Assembly (NCBI GenBank): GCA_002189035.1
Contig: CM007990.1
Coordinates: 2,294,001 to 2,358,000, forward strand
Reading direction: 5' to 3'
From: Utricularia gibba
Lineage: Eukaryota; Plantae; Magnoliophyta
Length of the DNA stretch: 64,000 nt
Shown here: one piece after another, positions 13,284 through 24,300 of the stretch
How the letters are laid out: each line of letters begins with the position of its first letter
Position numbering within the stretch: the stretch's first letter is position 1
The notes under the pieces: generated by a model
Databases searched by the model: none
The model's input: the letters and a program-made list of their open reading frames with translations, nothing else
What the model was told of the DNA's origin: nothing
Program-made: the position numbers and the translations under genes

Positions 13284-16030
13284 TTACACAAGAGTCTTGT
13301 AATGCTTCCACAATGGGTGTTCCTTGTCTATTGGACGTTGACCTACCTGACGGCAATCGACCTGCGTGGGTACATCCATGTTGTCAATGAGAGCTTCAAG
13401 GAACGACCTAATATCTCTCCCTCGAACCAGCGAACAATCATTGACCGTGGTGTACTTGAAGGTGGTTGGGAATATGGCATTTTCGGGCTGTCCAATGAAA
13501 ATAAACAATCATCGGATGCAAGATGGTGGAGAATGAGCGCGACCAGAAACTCACCGGATTGTGTAGTGACTTGTACGGCGCATCATCGATGAGAAGCGTA
13601 TTAAGATGGTGATATTTGCCCTTGAACTCGGCGTTGGCGCCCCACACATGATTCAAAAGCTTAAGCTTAACCGTGTTGTTCCTATTGTCGTACACTGTAT
13701 AGCTTGTGTCCACACACCTGGATCCATCCCATTGGAAGATGAGCTTGCTGGCTGTTGTAGGCCCTGGTAAACACTGAACCACGTCGTGCAATTGTTCACT
13801 GCCACATGTTGTATGAAAAAAAAATGTCATCAAGAATGTGGACCCCCTTGCCTGCAAGGTGGTCAGTCTTACCGTCCTCTTGAAGACCAGATGGCGACGT
13901 TAAAGTGTTCTATGCAAAACTGTATCAACTCACGTGCACCTAGTCGAAGATACACTACATCCACAAGAAATAGTACTGACACATGCCCCAAATATTTAAT
14001 AAGAGTCAAATATACCGCATTACCATTTAGCCCATAGATGACGTCATCCGGCTTTGGCGACACATGCACCTCTCCAAGGAGGAAGAACACTTAGTCTTCA
14101 ATTTCCTTTCTGTTTTCATGGCCCTTTCAGGCTAAAAACCTTTAGTTTTTGGGAAGTAGATGAAGTTTCCTTTTGAGTCCTGAGCAATACACTCGGTACT
14201 TCGCTGAATTGATTTCGGATTCTGCATACTTCCACGCATCTTGTTGCAGTCTTTCTGTAACGACTCTTAGTCAAGGTTCATGAGTAGCAGGCCACTCCTC
14301 GCGGATTTTGGTAAAGATCAAGGTGAAGAGCACCAACTCCAACCCTGTCGATTCGAGGAAAGTAGCGGATTGTTTGTGGCCTAGGTACTGCGACAGTAGA
14401 CAGGTTGTGACCTCGGACCTGCCACTGGCCATTGGAAATAGCTAGGCACATGCGCGCAATTCGGTTATGAAGGCAATGAAAGTCAATTCTCTTATCCCTC
14501 TAATCGTGCAAGGGGGAATCATATGAGGCTATTCCTATGCCTCCTTATCAATCATAGTGTAAGGGAGAGTAGGCTATTCCTTGCTCCTATAACCAGCTAT
14601 TCGGAAGAAATCAATGAAAACTAAGGCGAGGATAGACAAAGGAAGGAGATGAAGTCTTATTCCCAAGAACTGCGTCCCGTAGTCAAGGTCCATCACTTAG
14701 GTTGTAACTTTTCTTTCTGCATCTTAAAAACCCCCTTTTGCAAAACCGTGATATTTTGTGAAAGTTTCTTACAAACACTTTTCACGAAAAACAACTCCAT
14801 GAGATCGATACTCGTATTACGCTTTTTGTGTTTTACGTTTTTTAAATATTTAAAATTTGTTGAGGAAACGACACGCAACAACTACAAGCACAAGAAATAG
14901 TACTGACACATGCACCAAATATTAAATGCATATCAATGACACCACATTACCGTTTCGCCCGTAAATGACGGCATCCGGCTTCGGCGCTCCCCATCTGACT
15001 TCGCAAGGATACACAATGTCCGCAAGTATGCCATTCACGTCCAATATTAGCAACTTCCGTGGTGGGGCCGTGTTATCACTCAACACTCCACCATATGGCC
15101 ACCTTTGTTCATACCATGCAAGCTGACCACAGAGTTCAAGATTCCTTGCGTATAGTCTCTCCACTTTGATATACTTTGTACTGGCAGCACCGCACCCATC
15201 GTCGTGTGTCCAGATCGGTGTTGACCCCTCCGTATTGCCCCTGACTTCTGGCTGCACATCTTCATCCTCTTCATGGGTCACGTCCTAAGGATCTTGTACT
15301 CCTATATTGTCTACGATGTCGAGAGGTTCCACACCACAGATGCTGTGTCCTAGGGGCATTGACGAAGGGGCGCAAGACGTCCTCCAAGGACTTTGTTCTG
15401 CAAGAGTACAAATTCAAAAACCTCCTTGCCGCACGTTTTGGCATAACCTCTATGCCTACAACGAAATCAGCAAAAAGCATGTGTACTGTTGCACACGAAG
15501 TGCGAATATCCGAAGTAATTGTTTGTGATTACCTGATGGGTGTCCCACACTCTCTGACACTGTCAACATTGTTAGCCATTCTGCAACGGTGGGTGAGCAT
15601 ACCCATACAAAACTAGTCCACCAATCATCATATGTGCTTCTCACGTCTGTAACCAGAACCACACTAGGTTTTCCATGAAGCGAGTAGTGCGGACTCCCCT
15701 TACGTTGTACACAAATAGAAACCTCAAAGAAGACACACATTTCTGGGGTATATCCTCCTCTTCACAGATCTGCAGAAATGCGAGTAGGTGCGCCACATAA
15801 CGTGGTGTGAGGTGGGAGAATGGGATCTGGAGTGTAGCAAGTATCTGCACCATGAAAGGGGGTGGGGGCAGTCGCAATCCACACCGAAAGTGCTCGTTGC
15901 TAAGGGTGATTCCTGATGCTCCAACTCTGGATGGCGATTCACCATCGGACGTTTCACCTGGTTCTTTATCCCACATCGCGTAACCGTTGGGAATTGAGAA
16001 CCAGGCACGTAGTTTCTTGCAAGTCAACAT
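13284..16030 (-). pseudogene. ORF3 of inner Harbinger: Transposase_28 (PF04195)-like N-terminus fused to FCP1-homology/NIF HAD domain (C1271.03c-like)
   Basis: ATG at 16030, then EHFRCGLRLPPPPFMVQILATLQIPFSHLTPRYVAHLLAF and RKLLILDVNGILADIV. GT-AG exons follow: VYLRLGARELIQFCIEHFNVAIWSSR / KLIFQWDGSRC...NTLLIDDAPYKSLHNP / PENAIFPTTFKY..NDCSLVRGRDIRSFLEAL...HPLWKHYKTLV*. Frameshifts at ~15745 and ~15290 and an LTR at 14063-14880 disrupt it. Confidence 0.88.
14063..14880 (+). mobile_element. 5'-truncated LTR of the 8673-9966 family
   Basis: Aligns with ~9175-9966 and has the same ACACGCAACA end. No TSD. Confidence 0.88.
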
Positions 16031-16319
16031 CTACGGGAAACAACAGCCTTGTTACTCGATGATGGCAGCGAAGAATTTGAAACGATGAGCGCAAGGGTAC
16101 ATACTGCCGCGACGCTGTTCTGGGCAGTTGTCAACGAGAGTGTTTTCGTGGTGGTGCTGTTCTTGAGTTGGATGGGCAAAATTAATGAAGTTGTTTTGGA
16201 AAGTGTGCAATGTCAGGCGCCTTTATTGTGCGCAGGGGGGGTATTCATAGCGCTGGGCGGTTGTCAACTACCCACACTTTTAATGTTGGATAACTGCAAT
16301 ATTTTTTGCCAATATTTTT

Positions 16320-16770
16320 TTGAAACTCAGAGCACTGGATTCGGCGGCATGTGGTGCTTGGGTGTGCGTAGCCTAGGCGTTCAGAAGTACCGCATATTTA
16401 GGAACACGGTATTTGGTGAAATTGAGTATTATTGTACAACCAATCACCGTCGCTAATACACACCAGCTTCACATTGTTCTAGTTCTAAAACTTTGAGAGC
16501 ACCGGATACTATGAAACACGCGGTGCAGCGTTGTGTGCAGCACAGCCCAGGCGTTTGAAGCACCGGATTCTACGGATCGCGGTGTTTGGTTAAGTGGCGA
16601 GGGCCTATACTACCAAATACCCTCACTACTATGCACCAGCTTCACAGTCATCTACTTTACCATTTTTGACAGCATCGGATACGATGAAACATGTAGTGCT
16701 GCTACCAACTACGGTTTCCTACAACGCTCCGTAGCATCTCGTCTGAAGATCGCAGTGTTGGCTCCAATGA
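16320..16770. repeat. Degenerate ~170-bp tandem unit carrying GCACCG-N14/16-CGGTG(C/T) inverted motifs
   Basis: CACCAGCTTCACA at ~16461 and ~16634. Palindromic motifs at 16332, 16499, 16560 and 16672. Confidence 0.6.
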
Positions 16771-16988
16771 TCCATAGTGTGGTACCATGTTACCCCATGG
16801 TAAGACATGACACTACGATACAATCCTAAAAACTTATGCAGCAACCACCAAATACGATGCAAACAGGTGTTCAAGTTGGAGTATCAACTAGAGAGTAACT
16901 TGCTCTAACTTTGCAATGCAAACAGTTGTGCTTAGCAAATCCAGTACAAACGACACGATAGGTTTTGAACGGAAATTTGGGAAAACTA

Positions 16989-18292
16989 CTAGCAGGATGC
17001 CATCCACTCGATGTACATCCCCTCAGCTTGCTCGTCACACCACCTATTCCATGCCTAATTGCCTCCAACAGATGTCATGACGTCTTCTGTATCACCCGTG
17101 TCCCCAACCTCATCCTGGAAGTCCAATGGGACCTGATCCTCCAGGGGATCGACCATCATCTCCTTTCGAATGAGGTTATGGAGCAAAGCACATGCCAATA
17201 CAATGCGGTTGTGCGTGTCTACCGAATAGTAGTTAGCTGTCCGTAGTATACCCCACCGCATCTTCATCAAGCCCGAAGCTCATTCGATCACATTTCTGGT
17301 TGAATGTTGAATAGCTCCTTCGCATTCTGGGGTGCTCCATTTCCTTGTCCCCACTCCTTCAAGTGGTAACAGACTCAACGGTATGGTGCCAAAAAGCCCT
17401 CTCTATTGGCATATCCATTGTCACATAGGTAATATGTTCCTGTGTCATCACGTATGCATGGTGCACAAGATCATTGGAATCACATGCGCAAGGGCCAAAC
17501 CAGTGAAATACGTGGGCGTACACGGAAGCCGTCGGATCGTGAGAGTGCATCGTTTAGCACCCGACTATCTGTAGCAGACCCCTCCCACCTGGCAAGCACA
17601 TATATAAATTTCATGTGTTCATCACATACACCCAACACGTTGGTGGATATCACCCCCTTCCGATTTCTGTACCTTGTAGCATCAATGTATGTACCATCTA
17701 TGGCCCCAACACAACCCTACAAATGCATAATAAATTTTAGGATTCACATTCGTAAAAAGAAGCATGAAGAGGTGTCAACCTCGAAGTGTTTAAACTTTCC
17801 TTCTAATGCATGTTCTCCAGCAACTACTGGGGTCTCTAACAGCACCTCATAGAGGCAAAGCACCGCATGCAACACCTTTTGGAAGCACTGAGACACAGTC
17901 TCGGTGCTCCTCCCGTAGACATGTTTTTGCACCTGCATTTTTTTATAATGACCTAATATTCCTAAAAACATGCAAACCATCTCCGGAACCGTTACATATT
18001 TTTCAGCCTTTAAGTTAGAACGATTTTCTAATAGGCTACATAAAATACCCAAGGCATCTCGGCTGATTCTCAAATTCTCAATGGATGCGCTGTTCACATC
18101 ACTCACCAACCAACTAATATACTCAACTTGTCTAGGAATCTTGTGTGTAAGTGAATACCTGCGTCCCACCCTATATCCCCTACGGTATTTCTTCCAATGT
18201 AAGTATACTAACACATTCATATGCACCAAGTATTCGGTCAAAACTGCCGCTGCCGCACTCAGGATGACATGACCCTCCGTGAAAAAATCCAT
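16989..18292 (-). pseudogene. PIF/Harbinger DDE transposase (inner element)
   Basis: LRISRDALGILC..., GCVGAIDGTYI, RYRNRKG, NVLGVCD, WEGSATDSRVL, YYLCDNGY..GFLAPYR, RNVIE, RWGILR, ACALLHNLIR, with two introns. Premature stops and a ~7-codon deletion after DGTYI. Confidence 0.93.
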
Positions 18293-19169
18293 GTCCCCTC
18301 AACAATTGCAAAAATCGAGCAAAATAAATCCACCACAGTACCACGGATTCTGAAATTGGAAATTCTCAGATAAAAACTCACTATGTGGTGCTGCCGTGGT
18401 TGGCCTCTCGCGGTGCTACCATGGACCAACCCACACAAAACAGAAAGCATACTTACTGAAAGACCCACCCTTTTTGCACTCAAGAACATGCGACGCCACC
18501 GGCAAATCACGAAAAAATTCTCGGGTTGTAGATCTGCGTTCAAATGTAGTTCACGCGAGGGCAAAAGTGGAAGTGTCGAGCTGGGTTTAGCTAAACCAAC
18601 CCCCCCCCCCCCCCTGGGTTTAACTAAACCCAGCTCCATAGGTTCCCGCCCGGTTTATGGTCAACAGGTGGGTTTATTTTTACCAACCTGAAACTTACAA
18701 ACCAAACGTCGGTTTATGTCTAAACCCACGCTGCAACCCACCTAAACCAAGCAACCAAACGCGCCCTATGTGTGATAGATCATCGAGTCAAGTGCAAGAG
18801 TGGGATCTACAGTGTAGTAAGGATCTACATGAAGAAATGAGGTGGGGGCACTCACAATCAACATCGAAAGTGCTTGGTGCTGACAGCAAATCCCATTACT
18901 CTAACATTTGCTGGTTGTTTGGAGTTGGAGGTTTCGTCAGGTAATGATCCCATATTGCATAACCATCAGGAATTGAGAAGTAGGCACATAGTTCTTCACA
19001 TATCAACATCTACAAGAAAAACAAAAATTGCACTACCAAAAGAAATTCAAGAACCTGAAATGTAATGAAATATGTTTGCATATTGTTCTGCATACTATCA
19101 AGTGGCTCTCCAGACGATATTCGTGGATCATAAACGGTATTCCATGTATGTATTGCTGCTGCACGTATG

Positions 19170-20413
19170 CTAGAAGGAGATGCAAGGGTACAAGCCACTC
19201 AGTGTACATACTGAACTTGCTCTTCATGCCATCAATTTCATGTTTGACTTGCATCGAAAAAGCTATGATGTCTTTTGTATCACTCGTTTCCCCGGCTTCA
19301 TTCTAAAATTCCAATGAGACCTCATCCTCAAAGGGATTGACAATCATCTACTTTCAAATGAGATTGTGGAGCAAAGCACATGCTAATATTATTCGATTCT
19401 GCATACCTGTCGATTAGTAACTAGCCGATTGTAGTATACCCCACTACATCATCATTAAGCCCTATGCTTATTCAATCACATTTTTGGTTGATGCATGCCA
19501 CATGTTCAATAGCTCTTTATCAAACTTGAAGTTACCAAGGAACCATGCATAGCACTAAATAGGGAGTCACTGAATACACCGGCTAAAAAAAACCTAACAT
19601 GTGAAATGGGTTCGCATTCTAGGATAATCCACTTCCCTATCCTCACTCCTTCAAGTGATTATGTATACCTCAATATGTTGCCCAAAAGTCTTCCCTATTA
19701 ATGAATCCATTATTGCATAGGTAATATGTTCCATTAGCATAAATGATCGGAATCACATGTAGGGTCTACACAAATCGAATACATTGACATACGCAGAAGT
19801 TGTAAAATCTTGAGAGTGCATCATTTAGCACTAAGCTGTCTATAACAGACCCCTCCTACCCAATAAGCACCTATATAAATTTCATCTCCTCATCACATAC
19901 ATCCAACATATTTGTCGATATCACACTCTTTCAATATCTATACCTTGCACTTTCAGCTTTTTTTACTCATATACCGATATATATACCATCTATGGCCCTT
20001 AAACAACCTTGCAAATACGTAATTAATTGCAGCCACATTCTAAAAAACATTTATGAAAGATGTTTCTACCTGAAAGTATTTGAACTTTTCTTTGCATGCA
20101 CATTCTCCATCAACTACTAGGGTTTCTAGTAACAAGAACTTTCCTTTGCATGCATGTTCTCCAGCAACTACTAGGGTTTCCAGTAACAATCATGAAGGCA
20201 AAGGACCATTTGCAACACCTGTTGGAAACAATGAGATTGTGTCTCAACTTGTCTAGGAATCTTGTATGTGAGGAAATACCTATGTTTCACCCTATATCCT
20301 ACATAGTAATTTTTCCAATATAAGTGTATTAACACATTCATCCCAACCAAGTATTCAATTAATATTGCCACAGCCACTCTCAAGATGACATGACTCTCAA
20401 TAGAAAAATTCAT
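19170..20413 (-). pseudogene. PIF/Harbinger DDE transposase (outer element), internally deleted
   Basis: MNFSIESHVILRVAVAILIEYLV...TYKIPRQVE is a paralog of the inner N-terminus. DGIYI motif at ~19980. A ~43-bp tandem duplication lies at ~20090-20190. Confidence 0.88.
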
Positions 20414-21395
20414 GTCCCCTTAACACTCCAAAGATTGAAAAAAATAAATCCACACACACAAAATTGATGATTTCAAAATTGGGAAATCAACGAACACAGC
20501 CACAATATGCATCAGTAGTAGACAAAACCCACCAACGTAAAAAAAAAAGCGTACCAAAGGACCCACCCGTTTGCACCCAATCAGTACACGAACACGACAC
20601 CCCCTCGGTTTAAGTAAACTCAACCCAGTGGGATAGGGCCGGGCCAAGTGTATAGACAGCAGATGGATATATTTTACCCACCTAAAACCAATGTATGAAA
20701 CATGGATTTATCCATAAATCCACGTGGAAACCCACCTAAACTACTCAACCAAACATGCCCTAATTCGATCCCTAAAATCAGAGAAGAGAGCAAGGGAGAT
20801 ATAAACAACAATGTCTCACTCTTCAAAAGAGTGCATTTATTTATTTTTAATAAAAATAGTATTTTTGTTATTTCATTATAAATACAAAACTTAGTTATCA
20901 AATCTTTCAACCAATACAAATACTTCAATTCTACACCTATTAATCAAACAATTTTTTTTGTAATACTTGAGTTACCTATCCCTTAATAATTGAAACTAGT
21001 TTACTACTTCCATTCAATCAAATGAGCCTTGAATGTGCATCTTCCTCACGTTTAGATATGGTCCAAGAGTGAGAGGAATGCCCACCTCAAGGCAAGAACA
21101 AAATAAACCACAACTATGGTGAAAACAAGAGGGTACATGGAGTAAATTAAAAGGTGGAGATTGTATCTTGATTGTGAAAGCTTCCATAGGAAAGAGGGAT
21201 TTTCATGGATGGCATCTTGGATTTGGGTGGGGGATGAGATCAAGGAAAGAGGAATTTTCATAGAAACTATCACTGGCCGTTCCATAAACCCACATTGGTG
21301 AGGATTTTTAATGGATGAAAGGGAAAGTCATGTTTAGACATCATCTTTATGCAAGTATCTAAGGAAACAAAAATAAGCTTTTTCACAAAAGAAAG

Positions 21396-24300
21396 TGTAG
21401 GGTGTTTAGCAACTTAGAACCTTCGGTTGATATGATTAGTGCGATCAAAATAAATGAACAGCACAAGATTTTAACGTGGAAACCCAATTGGTAAAACCAT
21501 GGGTGCTAATCACACTAGATTTGAAGAAATCTCCACTATTACTCGAGTTTCGATACTGGAGCAAGAACAGCTCCTCAAGAATCAGGCTCCACCGACCAAA
21601 CTTCTTCCCAAGAACCGGGAAATAAGAAAAACAGTAATAATTGCTTGATCCCTCTCAGGGAGTCTTCTTCTTGCCTTCTGCGATCTCCGATCGCAGGGAT
21701 ACCTAGATGAAAAGCACTCTGAGTAAAAAGCTACAACCTCCAGGATTCCCCAGGTGTTCCTCTGATGTTCTGCGAAAAAGGAAAAAACTGACTCAACGGT
21801 CGTACTTGCTGGTCCTTTTATAGCCTCCAGTATTTGGGCCTTAGCACGGGAAAAAACATAACGTTGGACTTTGGGCTGGGGCCAGTATGTCTTTGGCCCG
21901 TTCAACACAGGGAGTTGCTAGCCCAACAATTCCCCTCCTCAACTTACGTTTGTCTTAGTTTCTGACTTGTACCAGTCCCATTTTGCTCATATATGACTAG
22001 TGTTTAGCTGAGGGCAACAGTTTTGTGAGCATGTCAGCAATGTTTCTAGAAGTGTCAATCTTTTCTAGATTGATATCCCCACTTGAGATGATGTTTCGGA
22101 TCCAATGCCATCTGGTTTCTATATGTTTTTTCCTGGAGTGGAAGGCAGCATTCTTACTAAGTTGAATGGCGCTTTGACTGTCAGAATACACCACTGGTTT
22201 GCCTTGCAACAGGCCGAATTCCTCCATGATCCTTCCAAGCCACAAGGCTTCCTTGACTGCTTCTGTTAGGGCCATATATTCAGCCTCTGTTGTTGACAAG
22301 GCAACTGTTTTCTGTAAGTGCGAGCTCCAAGTGACTGTTGAGCCAGCTACAATACTGACCATCCCCGTTGTTGATTTCCTTGAGTCAACGTCACCTGCCA
22401 TATCTGCATCCGTATAGACTTTTGGACAGATGCTTCCCATACCATAGCTTAAGGTGTATTCTTTTGTGCCTTTAAGGTATCGCAACAGCCACTTTAAGCC
22501 TTCCCAGTGCTATTTTCCAGGATTTTCCATATACCTGCTTATCACACTGACTGCATATGTTATATTCGGTCGAGTGCAAATCATGAGGTACATCAGTGAT
22601 CCTACAGCAGAGGAGTATGGTACCTTACTCATGATGTTCTTTTCTGCGTCTGTCTTTGGTGACATTTGAGAGGAGAATTTCAGATGTCCTGGAAGTGGAC
22701 CTTGCACCGGTTTTGATACATCCATTCGAAATTTCTTGAGAATGAACTCGATATACTTGCTCTGGGACAGGGACAGGGTTCTCTGAGGTCTGTCCCTGGT
22801 AATGTCTATTCCCAAAATCTTTTTGGCTTCTCCTAAATCCTTCATTTCAAACGCTACTGTCATTTGCTTTTTCAGATCTCTTATCAATGTTTTGTTTGGG
22901 CTGGCTATGAGCATATCGTCGACATAGAGGAGCAGAAAAATGCATTCTCCAATCTGGTTTTTCTTCCAATAAGCACAGTGATCCCCTTCACATCTCTTAA
23001 AACCGGGATTTTCCATGAAGGCATTGAATTTGTAGTACTACTGACGGGGTGCTTGTTTAAGTCCATACAAGCTTCTTCTAAGTCGACAGACCATATCTTC
23101 CTTTCCAAGTTCTGAAAAACCTTCAACTTGCTTTATATAGAGCTCTTCATTGATATCACCATGTAAAAATGTTGTTTTATGTCCATCTGCTCGAGTTCCC
23201 AATCAAGGTGGGTAGTGAGGGACATCACAAGTCTCACCGTGTTGAGCTTCACGATAGGAGAGAAGATCTCCTCATAGTCTATACCTTTTCTTTGTCGGAA
23301 TTCCTTTACTACTACTCTGGCCTTGTACCTGATACTTCCATCCGAATTGGGTTTTAGTTTGAATATCCAATGGTTCTCAAGTGGTTTCTTTCTAGTAGGT
23401 AGTGTTACTAACTCATAGGTATGATTCTTCTTCAGAGAAATCATCTCCTCCTGCATTGCTTCCAACCATTTATCTCATTCGGGTGAGTTCAGAGCTTCTT
23501 CAACTGTCTGTGGTTCTCCTTCTTCTGTAACATGGCAATGTCCAGCACATCTTCTCTGGTCAGATCGTATTCTGATTCAGGATATCTTGATGATGGAATT
23601 CGGTGTCTAGATGATCTTCTCAAGTCTGATAACCCCCTTTGAGATAAATCTTCAGCTTCAACAACAGGTTCTGGTTTAGATAGCACACTTGACGAGTGAG
23701 TGCCTTCAAGTCTTTTTGAGTTTTTTGTAGTCAACCTGGCCTTTATCACTTTGTCTGTGGTACTCTGATGTATATCATGAATTGTCTCATGCTCTAAGAA
23801 AGTCACATCCCTTGATCGAATTACTCTTTGATTGATAGGATCCCATAGTCTATAACCCATTTGATCTCCACCATAACCTATGAATATGCACACTTGGGAT
23901 CTCTCATCCAGTTTCTACCTATGCTCCTTTGGAATGTGGGCATAAGCCTTACATCCAAGCGCACGTAGGTGACTATAACCAGGTGTTCTTCTAGTCCATT
24001 TTTCTTGAGGTGTCTTGAAATCAAGGGTTGTTTTTGGAGATCTGTTTGACAAATAACATGCTGTGCAGAGTGCTTCCCCCCAAAAGTGCTTGGGAAGCAT
24101 TGCAGATTTCAGCATAGCTCTCACCTTATCAAACAAGGTTCGATTAAATCTCTCTGCAATACCATTGTGAGCTGGGGTCCCTGGGGTAGTGACAATCTTT
24201 CTGATTCGTAAGTGTGAGCAATAGTCTTCGAAATCTTGTGAGCAATACTCTCCACCGTTGTCTAATTTAAATTTTTTGAGTTTTCTCACGATTTCCCTTT

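Larger units (their letters stand above)
11327..18766. mobile_element. Inner PIF/Harbinger element, 7440 bp
   Basis: TIRs GGCCACGTTTGGTT (11327-11340) and AACCAAACGCGCCC (18753-18766), a 12/14 match, with 3-bp TSD TAT on both sides. Removing it plus one TAT restores length-colinearity of outer ORF3 with inner ORF3. Confidence 0.92.
8548..19015 (-). pseudogene. ORF3 of outer Harbinger: Transposase_28-like plus FCP1-homology (NIF/HAD) fusion, interrupted by the inner element and a solo LTR
   Basis: Pieces: 18770-19015 (N-terminus), 10600-11326 (EEDIPPEMQVLF...YDDWWTNFIWV...QKLLIFDINSILTYILYPWDIRWG), 9992-10520 (NALLIDDALYKSLHNP), 8548-8672 (SEALFDLMDVP...EDHPLWKHYNVIAS*). All are colinear with the inner ORF3. 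Confidence 0.85.
7923..20760. mobile_element. Outer PIF/Harbinger element (about 4.1 kb after removing nested insertions)
   Basis: TIRs GGGCACATTTGGTT (7923-7936) and AACCAAACATGCCC (20747-20760), with TSD TAA on both sides (7920-7922, 20761-20763). Contains ORF1, ORF3 and transposase relics. Confidence 0.9.

Noticed and set aside
15488-15534. 47-nt GT-AG intron that would repair one ORF3 frame change
   Set aside because: Shorter than typical plant introns and not clearly conserved in the outer copy; cannot be supported without cDNA.
13284-16030. FCP1-homology gene as an ordinary host gene that happens to lie among TEs
   Set aside because: It occurs twice, each time at the same position inside TIR/TSD-bounded elements, and is fused to a TE-type domain.
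16049-16456. 135-aa plus-strand ORF (and the ORFs at 18259-18691) inside the inner Harbinger as a fourth gene
   Set aside because: No motifs, no counterpart in the outer copy, and they overlap promoter-like or subterminal repeat sequence.
20990-21395. Older retroelement remnant hosting the Copia (continuing at ~26616-26680)
   Set aside because: Composition is suggestive but no domain or terminus could be identified.
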